DNA from: an uncultured Candidatus Binatia bacterium
GTDB taxonomy: Bacteria > Desulfobacterota > Binatia > UBA9968 > CAXXLF01
Assembly: GCA_965218425.1 (NCBI GenBank)
Contig: OZ244621.1
Location: 288,001-352,000 of the forward strand
DNA: 64,000 nucleotides
Direction of reading: 5' to 3'
How positions within the stretch are numbered: the first letter of the stretch is position 1; each line of letters opens with the position of its first letter. A program made the translations under genes and the position numbers. The notes beneath the pieces are model-generated. The model ran no database searches. It had not been told where the DNA came from and saw only the letters and a list, made by a program, of their open reading frames with translations. This document shows, piece by piece, positions 1 to 8,442 of this stretch.

Positions 1-181
1 GGTCGTAATCAACGAAAATGGCGTCCACGGGACAGACGATTTCGCATTGCTCGCAATCGATACACACCTCGGGATCGATATAGAACTGTGGCGCCCCGGG
101 GGTGGTATGAATGCAGGCCACCGGACATACATCCACGCAGGACCCATCGTTGGTGCAAAGCTCCGTGATGACGTAAGGCAG
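1..181 (-). CDS. Dicluster (7Fe-type, FdxA-like) ferredoxin, runs off the window start; apparent CTG start
   Basis: Hand translation (L)PYVITELCTNDGSCVDVCPVACIHTTPGAPQFYIDPEVCIDCEQCEIVCPVDAIFVDYD, with CxxCxxCxxxCP motif; GGAGAG RBS just upstream; absent from the ORF track. Confidence 0.9.
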   Translation of the reverse strand, partial: MPYVITELCTNDGSCVDVCPVACIHTTPGAPQFYIDPEVCIDCEQCEIVCPVDAIFVDYD

Positions 182-191
182 GTGTTCTCTC

Positions 192-773
192 CTAGCCGTC
201 TGCGATCAGCGGTAAATCGGTGCGGATGACGTTCACCACATGAACCTGGGTCCCGTATTTTTGCGTCGCCAGTTTCCCCTCGGCGTTGATCGTCCCCAGA
301 CCTGCTGCTTCGGCTAGTTGCTCCGCATCAGGGTCCGCCGACGCCGCGGCGCGAAATCCAAGTTCTCTGATCCATGCGCTGAGGACGAAGGTGACGAACA
401 GGCCGTTCTGTACGGGCACCTGGCCACCAACTCCCGGGGCCGTTTGCGGGTCCATTTCCGCTCGTACCGCGCAGATGACCGCGAAGGAAAACCCTTCACT
501 GTTGTCAGATTCATTGGTGTCTAATTTCGTGATGCCCACCAGATCGGCACCCAGATAGCGTGCCAGTTCTTTCACATGGCTGGAAGTAATCTCCGGCGTA
601 TGGATGTCAGCCTTGGTTGGGAAAACATTGCCCTCGGGGGCATTGCGGATCAACTCCGGCACCGAGTTGGCAAGATCGGCCATGGGCTTGTTGAGAAAAG
701 TCTCCCAGTAGGGATCTTCCCGGGCGGCTCTTCCAAGCCAGGGAATATTAAACGGTCCCAACCGCAAGGCCAC
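192..773 (-). CDS. Reductive dehalogenase/QueG-like cobalamin-binding-domain protein lacking the Fe-S domain
   Basis: VKELARYLGADLVGI, LAEAAGLG and IRTDLPL motifs match the upstream RdhA; ends before the Cys motifs; GTG start overlaps the upstream TAG. Confidence 0.75.
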   Translation of the reverse strand: MALRLGPFNIPWLGRAAREDPYWETFLNKPMADLANSVPELIRNAPEGNVFPTKADIHTPEITSSHVKELARYLGADLVGITKLDTNESDNSEGFSFAVICAVRAEMDPQTAPGVGGQVPVQNGLFVTFVLSAWIRELGFRAAASADPDAEQLAEAAGLGTINAEGKLATQKYGTQVHVVNVIRTDLPLIADG

Positions 774-2113
774 TAGACGTCCCGTCTCACGAATCGGTTA
801 GTGTTTTCCTTCAGAGGCGCATAATAGCCCATATTACCGACCACCTCCCCCGATGCTTTGTCCCCTTCATGGGAGGCCGTGCAACCGGCAACGGTACAGG
901 CGTGCTCGCCGGGTTTCGCGCCGGAGTCATAGCCCAGCCATTTCACCCGTGTCTGACGCGCCACCCCCCAGAACCGGTCGTCGATGGCCTTGAGGGCTTT
1001 CACCAGAGTTGGGCGTAAGGGAATGGGGCAGGTGTGGAGAGCCAAAATAGTAAGGCTTCGCCACCAAACGTTGGGTTTGGTAAAGGGACAAACGGTGGCG
1101 CAGGTCAGGCAGCTCCCCCAATGTTCGTGGGTATAGGCCCGCAGCTTGTAACAGGTGAGCCAGTTGATCTTGTACTTCTCAACCCCGTTGTAAACCTCCT
1201 TGTCCTCGAAGGTGATGCTGTTGGTGGGACAATTGATGGCGCATTTGCGACAGATCTTGCAGAAGTCTTCAACGCCTATGTCAAGGGGTTGGTCCGAAAC
1301 CAATGGGAGGTCGGTTAGTATGGGATCCGGCATATGGATGCGGGCACCGTATTTATCGTTTATGAGGAGCCCGTTGCGGCCCAGCTCGCCGACACCGGAG
1401 GCCAATCCTGAGGCCTGAGGGTTAGCCACACCGCGGAGCGCAGTATACCCCAATTCTTTCACATACCCTTCAAGGGCCTTGAGAATCATGACGCCTCTCA
1501 TCTGCGACACGTGATAGGCGGCGTCACCGATATGGTGCCGATGGGCCTGGAGCTTATTGTAGTCCCATGCTGTGGTGGCAACGATGAGGTAAGGGAATTT
1601 GCGGACCAGCTCCTCAGGCGCCTGGGTCTCATACGCGTCCTCGGCCGTACCGTCCTGGACGTAGCGGGCTCCGGCGTACAGGAAGCTCGGATGCGCTTTG
1701 GCGACGGCCACAATATCGGCACCCATATAGCGGGCGACGGCTTTGATGTGGCGCGTCATGGCGGCTGGATCATCCACCGAAACCCGATCCGGATTGACCA
1801 TGCCTTTGCTTGCCCGGTTAACCACCGTGGTAAGGAAATGTCTGTGGTCGGCGAAATGGTTTGGAGCGGATACCCGGGTCAAGGGATCTTTGGAAACCGT
1901 GTTGTGCTGATAGTTGAATAGGGCCTTCCCCAACTCACCGCGCCGGTTCTTTGGGTGCGGCGACTGGTTCATGTCAACGTTGGCGACGGGTCCGACAATG
2001 CGAACCGTCCGGCCAAGGTAGGGGGGAGGAGGAAGGTCAGCCTTCGCTTGATTACTTTTGAGGCCATCACCCTCGTTAAGTGGCTTTGCGGTACTCTCCA
2101 GTCCTTCAACCAT
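773..2113 (-). CDS. rdhA: Reductive dehalogenase family protein (B12, two Fe-S motifs), no TAT signal
   Basis: IKAVARYMGADIV, GVGELGRNGLLI..YG..I, TDLPL, FCKICRKCAINCP, CLTCATVCPF. Confidence 0.8.
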   Translation of the reverse strand: MVEGLESTAKPLNEGDGLKSNQAKADLPPPPYLGRTVRIVGPVANVDMNQSPHPKNRRGELGKALFNYQHNTVSKDPLTRVSAPNHFADHRHFLTTVVNRASKGMVNPDRVSVDDPAAMTRHIKAVARYMGADIVAVAKAHPSFLYAGARYVQDGTAEDAYETQAPEELVRKFPYLIVATTAWDYNKLQAHRHHIGDAAYHVSQMRGVMILKALEGYVKELGYTALRGVANPQASGLASGVGELGRNGLLINDKYGARIHMPDPILTDLPLVSDQPLDIGVEDFCKICRKCAINCPTNSITFEDKEVYNGVEKYKINWLTCYKLRAYTHEHWGSCLTCATVCPFTKPNVWWRSLTILALHTCPIPLRPTLVKALKAIDDRFWGVARQTRVKWLGYDSGAKPGEHACTVAGCTASHEGDKASGEVVGNMGYYAPLKENTNRFVRRDV

Positions 2114-2209
2114 GGCAGCTTCTCCTTCCTAGTTTATGATCTATACCCTAGCGGCAGCAGGTGCTTAACGGTTTTTTAGGCGGAAAACGATCTCATTTTA
2201 ATTTCCAAC

Positions 2210-2608
2210 TCATGCATATGAGGCGAGAGCAACTTCGGCACATCGTTGGTCCTGATCATCGGTACCACCGGCCACGGCAACGGCGCCTACAACATTACCA
2301 CCCTCCACCACGGGCAGAGCCCCCGCACCGGGCATAATTCGACCGCTGCTGGAAACCACCAAACTCTGGAACCAGGTCTGGCCTGCAACCCCGGACAATT
2401 CCTTGGTGGGTTGCTGGAAACTAGCCGCCGTGTAGGCTTTGTTCAGAGCGATTTCCACCGTGATGGGCCGCGCGCGGTCCATTCGGCCCACTGCGATCAT
2501 TCGGCCACTCTGATCAACCACCACCGCAGTAACCGCGATGTCCAACTGTGCCGCTTCAGTGTGAGCGGCGCGAACTATTTCAATCGCCTTTTCTCCTGGT
2601 ATCGCCAT
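2210..2608 (-). CDS. GlcG/HbpS family heme-binding protein
   Basis: AVVVDQSG, RMD, IALNKAYTA, GAVAVAGGT..QD motifs; 132 aa. Confidence 0.9.
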   Translation of the reverse strand: MAIPGEKAIEIVRAAHTEAAQLDIAVTAVVVDQSGRMIAVGRMDRARPITVEIALNKAYTAASFQQPTKELSGVAGQTWFQSLVVSSSGRIMPGAGALPVVEGGNVVGAVAVAGGTDDQDQRCAEVALASYA

Positions 2609-2676
2609 GGTCGCTTCGGCCCTCTGTTGGTGTTTAGTGCAAACGCCAAATCAACGAGATGCTGCAATTTGGCTAT

Positions 2677-2705
2677 AGTCTATTCCTGCCTGACCGGACT
2701 GTCAA
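2677..2705 (-). promoter_or_regulatory. Sigma70-type promoter for the GlcG-RdhA unit
   Basis: TTGACA-N17-TAGACT on the minus strand, about 70 nt upstream of 2608. Confidence 0.65.
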
Positions 2706-2719
2706 ACCCTATGGAGAAG

Positions 2720-3215
2720 GAGGTAAGCACAAAGCGCAGAGCCCGCAGTACTGGGTAACGAGTTCTGATTACTGAGCAGAACTAGCTATCAGCCGTCAGC
2801 TTTCAGCGATCAGCCAGTCAAGAGAGAAAGACAGCAGGCAGTAGGCAGGGAGCAGCCGGAATAGTGTTGAGTGCTGACGGATGAGGGGCCGGAGATCGGA
2901 GGGCAGAGGTCGGAGATCAGAGATCAGGCAAGATCAAGGAAAGGCGCGAAGGGTAATGCGTTAGGACTGGACGACGGACTACTGACGACAGGACTACGAA
3001 CAGACAGAGATAGAGATAGGGACAGAGCGAGAAACGAGAAAGACAGTGGGCAGAGGGCAGTTGGCAGCAAAAGAATAATCGCTCACTACAAGATTACGAA
3101 CAACGGACTCCTGGTCGGCAATTCCCGTATCAGGGTCAGTAGTCGGTAGCCAGTGGTCCCGAATCCGTATGGACGCTATGCTCTTTGCGCTTTGCTATTA
3201 GGCTCAGTGCTCGAC
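2720..3215. repeat. Intergenic mosaic of degenerate 7-nt (and some 6-nt) tandem repeats
   Basis: gctatca/gccgtca/gctttca/gcgatca 2785-2812; cagcagg/cagtagg/cagggag 2832-2852; ggagatc-type x5 2891-2925; cagtggg/cagaggg/cagttgg 3044-3064; cgctatg/ctctttg/cgctttg 3174-3194. Confidence 0.8.
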
Positions 3216-3293
3216 GAAGCGCTGGACAACCGGGTCCAATATGATCTAGAAGTCAGGAAGAAATAATTCTTTTGTCATCCTGGAGGTAGAAAA

Positions 3294-5507
3294 ATGGCGC
3301 AGGTGGTTGGAAGGCCCACACCGAGGGTCGAGGGAGAGGAGAAGGTCACGGGCGAAGCAATTTACAGTGCGGATGTGGCATTGCCGGATATCCTGTGGGG
3401 CAAGATTCTTCGTAGCCCGATTCCTTACGGCCGTATCAAGCGAATCGACGTGAGCCGAGCCGCCCAGGTTCCGGGGGTAAAATCCGTAATCACAGGACAG
3501 GACGTGGCAGGGCTTCTGATCGGCAGGCAGATATACGACACGCCGATCCTCGCAAACGATGTGGTTCGCTTCGTGGGGGATAAAGTGGCCGCCGTAGCGG
3601 CCGAAAGCGAAGACGCCGCAGACCAGGCCCTCCAGCTCATTGAGATTGAATACGAGGAGCGGGAACCCGTGCTAGATCCCCTGGAAGCCTTGAAGCCCAC
3701 GGCCGCCCTGATCCACCCCGATGTCCTCTCCTATAAAGGGCTGCCCAGTCCACTGGAGTCGGCGAGCAATCTTTTTGGTTACTTCTGCTGGGGGAATGGA
3801 GACACTGACGCTGGCTTTCAACAGGCCTACGAGATCGTGGAAAATACCTTCGAGACCCATGTGGTTCACCAGTCCTACATCGAGCCTCACGCGTGCGTGG
3901 TAAAGGCCGATTCTTCCGGGGGGGCGGAGATATGGGCCTGTTGCAAGACTCCCTTTGCAGTGCGCCGGCAACTCTCCAACGCCGTTGGTATCGCACAGGA
4001 AAAACTGGTTTTCCATCCGGTTCACATCGGCGGGGATTTCGGCGGCAAGGGGGGATTCATGAATATCCCCGTGGGTTACTTCCTCTCACTCAAGAGCGGG
4101 GCGCCCGTGAAGGTGGTCATGGACTACGATGAAGAACTCACCGCGGGCAATCCCCGCCATGCTTCGGTGATTAAAATAAAGACTGGAGTTAAGAGAGACG
4201 GGACCATTGTGGCGCACCACATGGAGTTTGTTTTCGATAGCGGCGCCTTCGGCTCTATGAAACCTGCAGGTTACCTCAGGGGTGCCATGAACTGCGCGGG
4301 GCCCTACAAAATGGCGAACTGCAAAATCGAAGAGAAGATGGTCTACACGAACAAGGTTCCATGCGGGCATATGCGCGCCCCTGGAGACCCCCAGGGTTTT
4401 TTCGCCAACGAAAGCCAGATGGACATCGTTGCTCGCAGGATCGGCATGGACCCCGCAGAGTTCAGGCGCAGAAACCTCCTTCGCGATGGGGACACCTCAC
4501 CCACGGGCGAGACCATGTCCCACATCAAGGCCGTCGAAGCACTGGACAAGGCCATTTCCCTGTCGGGCTACCAGAGGCCAAAGCCGAAGAATGTCGGCCG
4601 CGGCCTCGCGTTCGCCGAGTGGGGGCCGGGGGGTGGCGAGGGAAACGTGTTTATCAAGATCGATGAAACAGGGACCATTACCGTCAGCTCTCCGGTGGTG
4701 GATCAGGGAGCCGGTACGTACACGGTGATATGCGGAGTAGTCGCTGAGGAGCTGAAGACTTCCACCCAGGCGTTGAAGTTTGTCCACATGGATACGAGCA
4801 AAGTTCCCAGTGATGGAGGCGTGGGCGGCAGCAGGGCAACGAGGGTTTACGGTAACGCGGCCTACGAAGCGGCACTGAAGGCCAGAGAAGAGCTATTTGC
4901 CATTGCGGGCGACAGCTTCAAGGTCAACCCCGGGGAGCTTTCGCTGGCCAACGAGGCCGTCATCCACCGGCGCGGTAAACGTCGCATGAGTTTTGCCCAG
5001 CTAGCTCAGGCAAAAGGATTGCCCATCGATGTCCAGGGTTACTACAAGCAGTCGGAAAAGACCCATCACGCCACCGTAGCAGCGCAGGTGGCAGAGGTGG
5101 AGGTGGATCCGGAAACGGGCCAGATCAGGCTGAGACAATTTATTTCGGCCCATACCACAGGCAAAGTCATCAACCCCCTCATGCACCAGGGCCAGATTGA
5201 AGGAGGAGTGGTGTTTGGATTGGGGTACGCTTTGACGGAACATTTGATCTTTGACGATGGAAAAGTGATGACGACCAATTTCGGCGATTACAAAATCCCG
5301 AACATTCAGGACATACCGCGCTTAAAGACTGCTGTGATGGAAACGGTCCCGGGGGGGCCGGGTCCCTATAATAGTCTACCCATCGGAGAAGTGGCCAACG
5401 TCCCCACGGCGGCTGCCATCGCCAACGCCATAGAAGACGCTGTGGGATTGAGAATAAAATCCTTGCCGCTCACCGCCGAAAAAGTTTTTGCCGTAACCAG
5501 ATCGTGA
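3294..5507 (+). CDS. Xanthine dehydrogenase/CoxL-family molybdopterin-binding large subunit
   Basis: KVTGEAIY..D, HQSYIEPH, IGGDFGGKG, MRAPG.PQ, VEVDPETG, GQIEGG, GE motifs; GGAGG RBS. Confidence 0.92.
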   Translation: MAQVVGRPTPRVEGEEKVTGEAIYSADVALPDILWGKILRSPIPYGRIKRIDVSRAAQVPGVKSVITGQDVAGLLIGRQIYDTPILANDVVRFVGDKVAAVAAESEDAADQALQLIEIEYEEREPVLDPLEALKPTAALIHPDVLSYKGLPSPLESASNLFGYFCWGNGDTDAGFQQAYEIVENTFETHVVHQSYIEPHACVVKADSSGGAEIWACCKTPFAVRRQLSNAVGIAQEKLVFHPVHIGGDFGGKGGFMNIPVGYFLSLKSGAPVKVVMDYDEELTAGNPRHASVIKIKTGVKRDGTIVAHHMEFVFDSGAFGSMKPAGYLRGAMNCAGPYKMANCKIEEKMVYTNKVPCGHMRAPGDPQGFFANESQMDIVARRIGMDPAEFRRRNLLRDGDTSPTGETMSHIKAVEALDKAISLSGYQRPKPKNVGRGLAFAEWGPGGGEGNVFIKIDETGTITVSSPVVDQGAGTYTVICGVVAEELKTSTQALKFVHMDTSKVPSDGGVGGSRATRVYGNAAYEAALKAREELFAIAGDSFKVNPGELSLANEAVIHRRGKRRMSFAQLAQAKGLPIDVQGYYKQSEKTHHATVAAQVAEVEVDPETGQIRLRQFISAHTTGKVINPLMHQGQIEGGVVFGLGYALTEHLIFDDGKVMTTNFGDYKIPNIQDIPRLKTAVMETVPGGPGPYNSLPIGEVANVPTAAAIANAIEDAVGLRIKSLPLTAEKVFAVTRS

Positions 5508-5529
5508 GGATGGAGGTAAAAGAGAACCC

Positions 5530-6801
5530 ATGGAGAAGGGAACCACACCGGGCACCGTCAGCGTGGCGGGGGTGGCTGAGCAAGCGGTCAGCATCAGCAA
5601 ACGGGAAAAACAGATCGTCATGTGGTTGAACAACATCAACCACATGATGAACCATTTTCAGAACCAGATCGTCTTCGTCATGTACCCCACCATTGCCCGG
5701 GAAATGGGCTTTGGGCCCTTACAGCTGAGCCTTCTCACCGCCGGTCGAAGCATCTTCAATAACTGGGCGCAGCTAGGCTACGGCTTCCTGACACCCTTTG
5801 TTCCACGGTTTCAGCTCTTAGGCATTACCAGCCTGGTTTACGCCTCCGGCACCTTTCTCAGTGGCACTGCCTGGAACTTTTTGAGCTTTCTGGGCATCCG
5901 ATGCCTTGCAGCTGCCGGCTCAAGCTCCATGCATCCCGTGGGCACCAGCCTCCTGGCAAGCTACTTCCGGGAAAACCGGGGCGCGGTGCTCGCCTTAAAC
6001 AGCAGCATATCCCAGGTGGGTAGCATTATGGCGCCTTTGCTGGGAGGCTTCTTGCTTCTCTCCATCGGTTGGCGCAACACTTTTTTCACCGTGGCCATTC
6101 TGAGCGTGTTCATGGCCGTGGCCTACTTCTTTTTTCGCGACCGCGTCAGGGACAACACGAAAACCGGGGAATCCAAAAAAGCAAAGCTCGCTCGCAGCAC
6201 GGCAAGCTATCTACGGCTGCTGCGCAACCGTAACTTCATGTTCATCGCCCTGGTGTTTCTCGTTGGCGGTGCTGGTCGAGGCGAAGTGATGCCCACCTAC
6301 CTGCCCCTTTACCTGGAGCGGGACTTCGGCTTCGCCACGACGTTCACCATCGCAGTGTTGTTCCTGTTCCAGCTGGGCGGTCTCGCCGGACCTCTGGTGT
6401 TCGGGTGGATCTCAGACCGCGGTTCCCGCAAGCGGGTCACCCAGACGTCGCTGTTTCTCTCCGGATTGGCGGCCATCGGTTTGGCCTGGCAGGGACCCAA
6501 CCCGACTATGATCGTTCTCAACGTCCTTTTCTTTGGAGCCGTAACCCACTCTCGTGGGAGCCTGACCCAGGCCATGGTGGCCGACTCGGTTACGGAAGAA
6601 GACCAGGATGCGGCCTTCAGCCTTTATTTCTTTCTTGGATTTCTGTCGGCTCCGGTGTGGGCCATTGTGACCGGCTACCTCTTCCAGGCCTATAGCTTTA
6701 CCGTGGCTTTTTCGGTTATGTCCACCAGCTTTTTCGCGGCAATGCTCGTAATGAACCTGGTGCAGGACACACGAAAACCGCTGGTGCAGCATAAAGCCTA
6801 G
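5530..6801 (+). CDS. MFS transporter
   Basis: About 12 hydrophobic segments; GWISDRGSRK motif A. Confidence 0.9.
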   Translation: MEKGTTPGTVSVAGVAEQAVSISKREKQIVMWLNNINHMMNHFQNQIVFVMYPTIAREMGFGPLQLSLLTAGRSIFNNWAQLGYGFLTPFVPRFQLLGITSLVYASGTFLSGTAWNFLSFLGIRCLAAAGSSSMHPVGTSLLASYFRENRGAVLALNSSISQVGSIMAPLLGGFLLLSIGWRNTFFTVAILSVFMAVAYFFFRDRVRDNTKTGESKKAKLARSTASYLRLLRNRNFMFIALVFLVGGAGRGEVMPTYLPLYLERDFGFATTFTIAVLFLFQLGGLAGPLVFGWISDRGSRKRVTQTSLFLSGLAAIGLAWQGPNPTMIVLNVLFFGAVTHSRGSLTQAMVADSVTEEDQDAAFSLYFFLGFLSAPVWAIVTGYLFQAYSFTVAFSVMSTSFFAAMLVMNLVQDTRKPLVQHKA

Positions 6802-6804
6802 GCA

Positions 6805-7085
6805 ATTTAGTACTGAGGAGCGGCAAAGCGCATGGTGCTGGGCGCAAAGCGTCAAGAGCGATACGCCCCCGGATTTCCGAACAAAGACAACTCGCGTCCT
6901 TCGAGAACCTCAGGACCCCGAGGGAAATCGAGGGGCAAAGACGCAAAGCGGGCTCAGTACCGAGCTACGAGGGCTGAGGAACGAGCTTCCAAAAAAGTGT
7001 TAAATGTTGAGCGTAAGCCTCAGAGAGAAAGAATGGATGCGAGATTCTTTTCTTAACACTGAGGGATAATCTGCGGTTAATTTCT
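6805..7085. repeat. Intergenic short-period repeat cassette between convergent MFS genes
   Basis: 6820-6859 is the reverse complement of a close match to 27745-27790; ataatctgcggttaa at 7066-7080. Confidence 0.65.
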
Positions 7086-7095
7086 TAAAGAGCTC

Positions 7096-8346
7096 TTACG
7101 AGGTCACGTTCGCTGTCGGCTTCTCCCGCAACTTTTCGCGCACCTGGGTGCCAAGAATGAAGGCCGTTCCACCGGCCATGGCCCCGAGGAAACCATAGGC
7201 TGCCCAATAACCCAATCCGCCCGATAACACCGCAAACATAGAGGTGCCGCCCGGAGCCCCAATGGTGCCTATGGTGTTCCATACCCCGTAGAACTTTCCG
7301 CGCGCTCTTTCTGGCGCGATGTCCGACCCGAGGGTTTGCATGTTACCGCTAGTGATACCGGTACTGGCGTATACACAGATATACGCGAGCACGAACATGT
7401 TGAAGGATAATTGAACGTAATCCGTAACGCCGATGAAGACGAGGGCCAAGGTAAGCAATGAGAAGCCCGGTACAAGAGTGGCTTTGCGCCCGTAACGGTC
7501 CATAATGAATCCGGAAGCGATGGTAATGGGGATGCCAATGGCCGTTACGGCGGTGGCCAAAATCCCTATGGCCTGGGGCGACAGGTCGTAGGCATAGGCG
7601 CCATAGAGGTTTAACTGCCCTGAAAAGATGGGACCGCGAGTCAGGGAAGCAAAAAATTGGGCGGCAAAAAAGATGATGACCTGGTAGGTGAGAAGTTCCC
7701 GGAAGCTAGTGCGCGTCGCCGGGTCGGCCTGCTTGCCACCGCTACTGGTACTCTTGATGAGATGGGGTGCCGTCTCCTGCGCCAGCTTGAAACTTGGAAT
7801 GATGGCGATGAGGGACAGCAGTGCATGGGCAATAAACGGCGCACGGATATCCCAGAAGCCAGCCAACAGCCCGCCAAGGGCCGGCGAAAAGAGCCGGCCT
7901 GCGTTCTGCATCGCGGTCATTGTGGTGATTTGCCGACCGCGCTCTCGGTCCGCTCCCGTATCCGCGATCATCGCCAAGCGCCCGAGGTGCCACATCTGCT
8001 CACCAACTCCGCTGATGAACCGGTAGACCAACAACTCGGGGAAAGTCTGCGCCACCGTAATAAGAAAAGCCGAGACGGCCAGAAGCACAGGGCCGGCGAG
8101 CAGGACCTTTCGGCGCCCGACCCGGTCGATGAGCAAGCCCACGGGATAACTCGAGAGAGTCATCCCCAGTTGGTGAACGATGATCGCTAGAGAGGCAATT
8201 TCAAAGGAGACCTGGAACGACTTGGCGTATACCGGCAGCGCGGGGACCACAATGCCGGTGCCTACGGCAAGGGTCATGGCCGGCACATAGATGGAAAGAA
8301 AGTTTTGGCGCGAGTATACACCGCCGCCTCGCTCAGTACTACTCAC
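7096..8346 (-). CDS. MFS transporter
   Basis: GLLIDRVGRRK and GFIMDRYGRK motifs; about 12 TM segments. Confidence 0.92.
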   Translation of the reverse strand: MSSTERGGGVYSRQNFLSIYVPAMTLAVGTGIVVPALPVYAKSFQVSFEIASLAIIVHQLGMTLSSYPVGLLIDRVGRRKVLLAGPVLLAVSAFLITVAQTFPELLVYRFISGVGEQMWHLGRLAMIADTGADRERGRQITTMTAMQNAGRLFSPALGGLLAGFWDIRAPFIAHALLSLIAIIPSFKLAQETAPHLIKSTSSGGKQADPATRTSFRELLTYQVIIFFAAQFFASLTRGPIFSGQLNLYGAYAYDLSPQAIGILATAVTAIGIPITIASGFIMDRYGRKATLVPGFSLLTLALVFIGVTDYVQLSFNMFVLAYICVYASTGITSGNMQTLGSDIAPERARGKFYGVWNTIGTIGAPGGTSMFAVLSGGLGYWAAYGFLGAMAGGTAFILGTQVREKLREKPTANVTS

Positions 8347-8442
8347 ATATTACTCCCAACAGTCAACGCTTTTCGCTTGACACTCTTTCTTCCTTGCTTC
8401 CCCCAAACCCTATCCCCTAAGCTTTGCGTTATGCTTCTTGCA

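Noticed and set aside
182..194. Readthrough fusion of the Rdh half-protein to the ferredoxin
   Set aside because: The 10-nt spacer is out of frame and contains its own RBS
2871..3149. 92-aa ORF with RDRDRD repeats
   Set aside because: It is a translation of the non-coding repeat mosaic; no RBS or family motif
2720..3215. CRISPR array
   Set aside because: No constant 23-47 nt repeat with spacers, and no cas genes
6900..6960. c-di-GMP-I riboswitch (GGCAAA..GACGCAAAGC)
   Set aside because: No intervening tetraloop hairpin, and it lies between convergent genes
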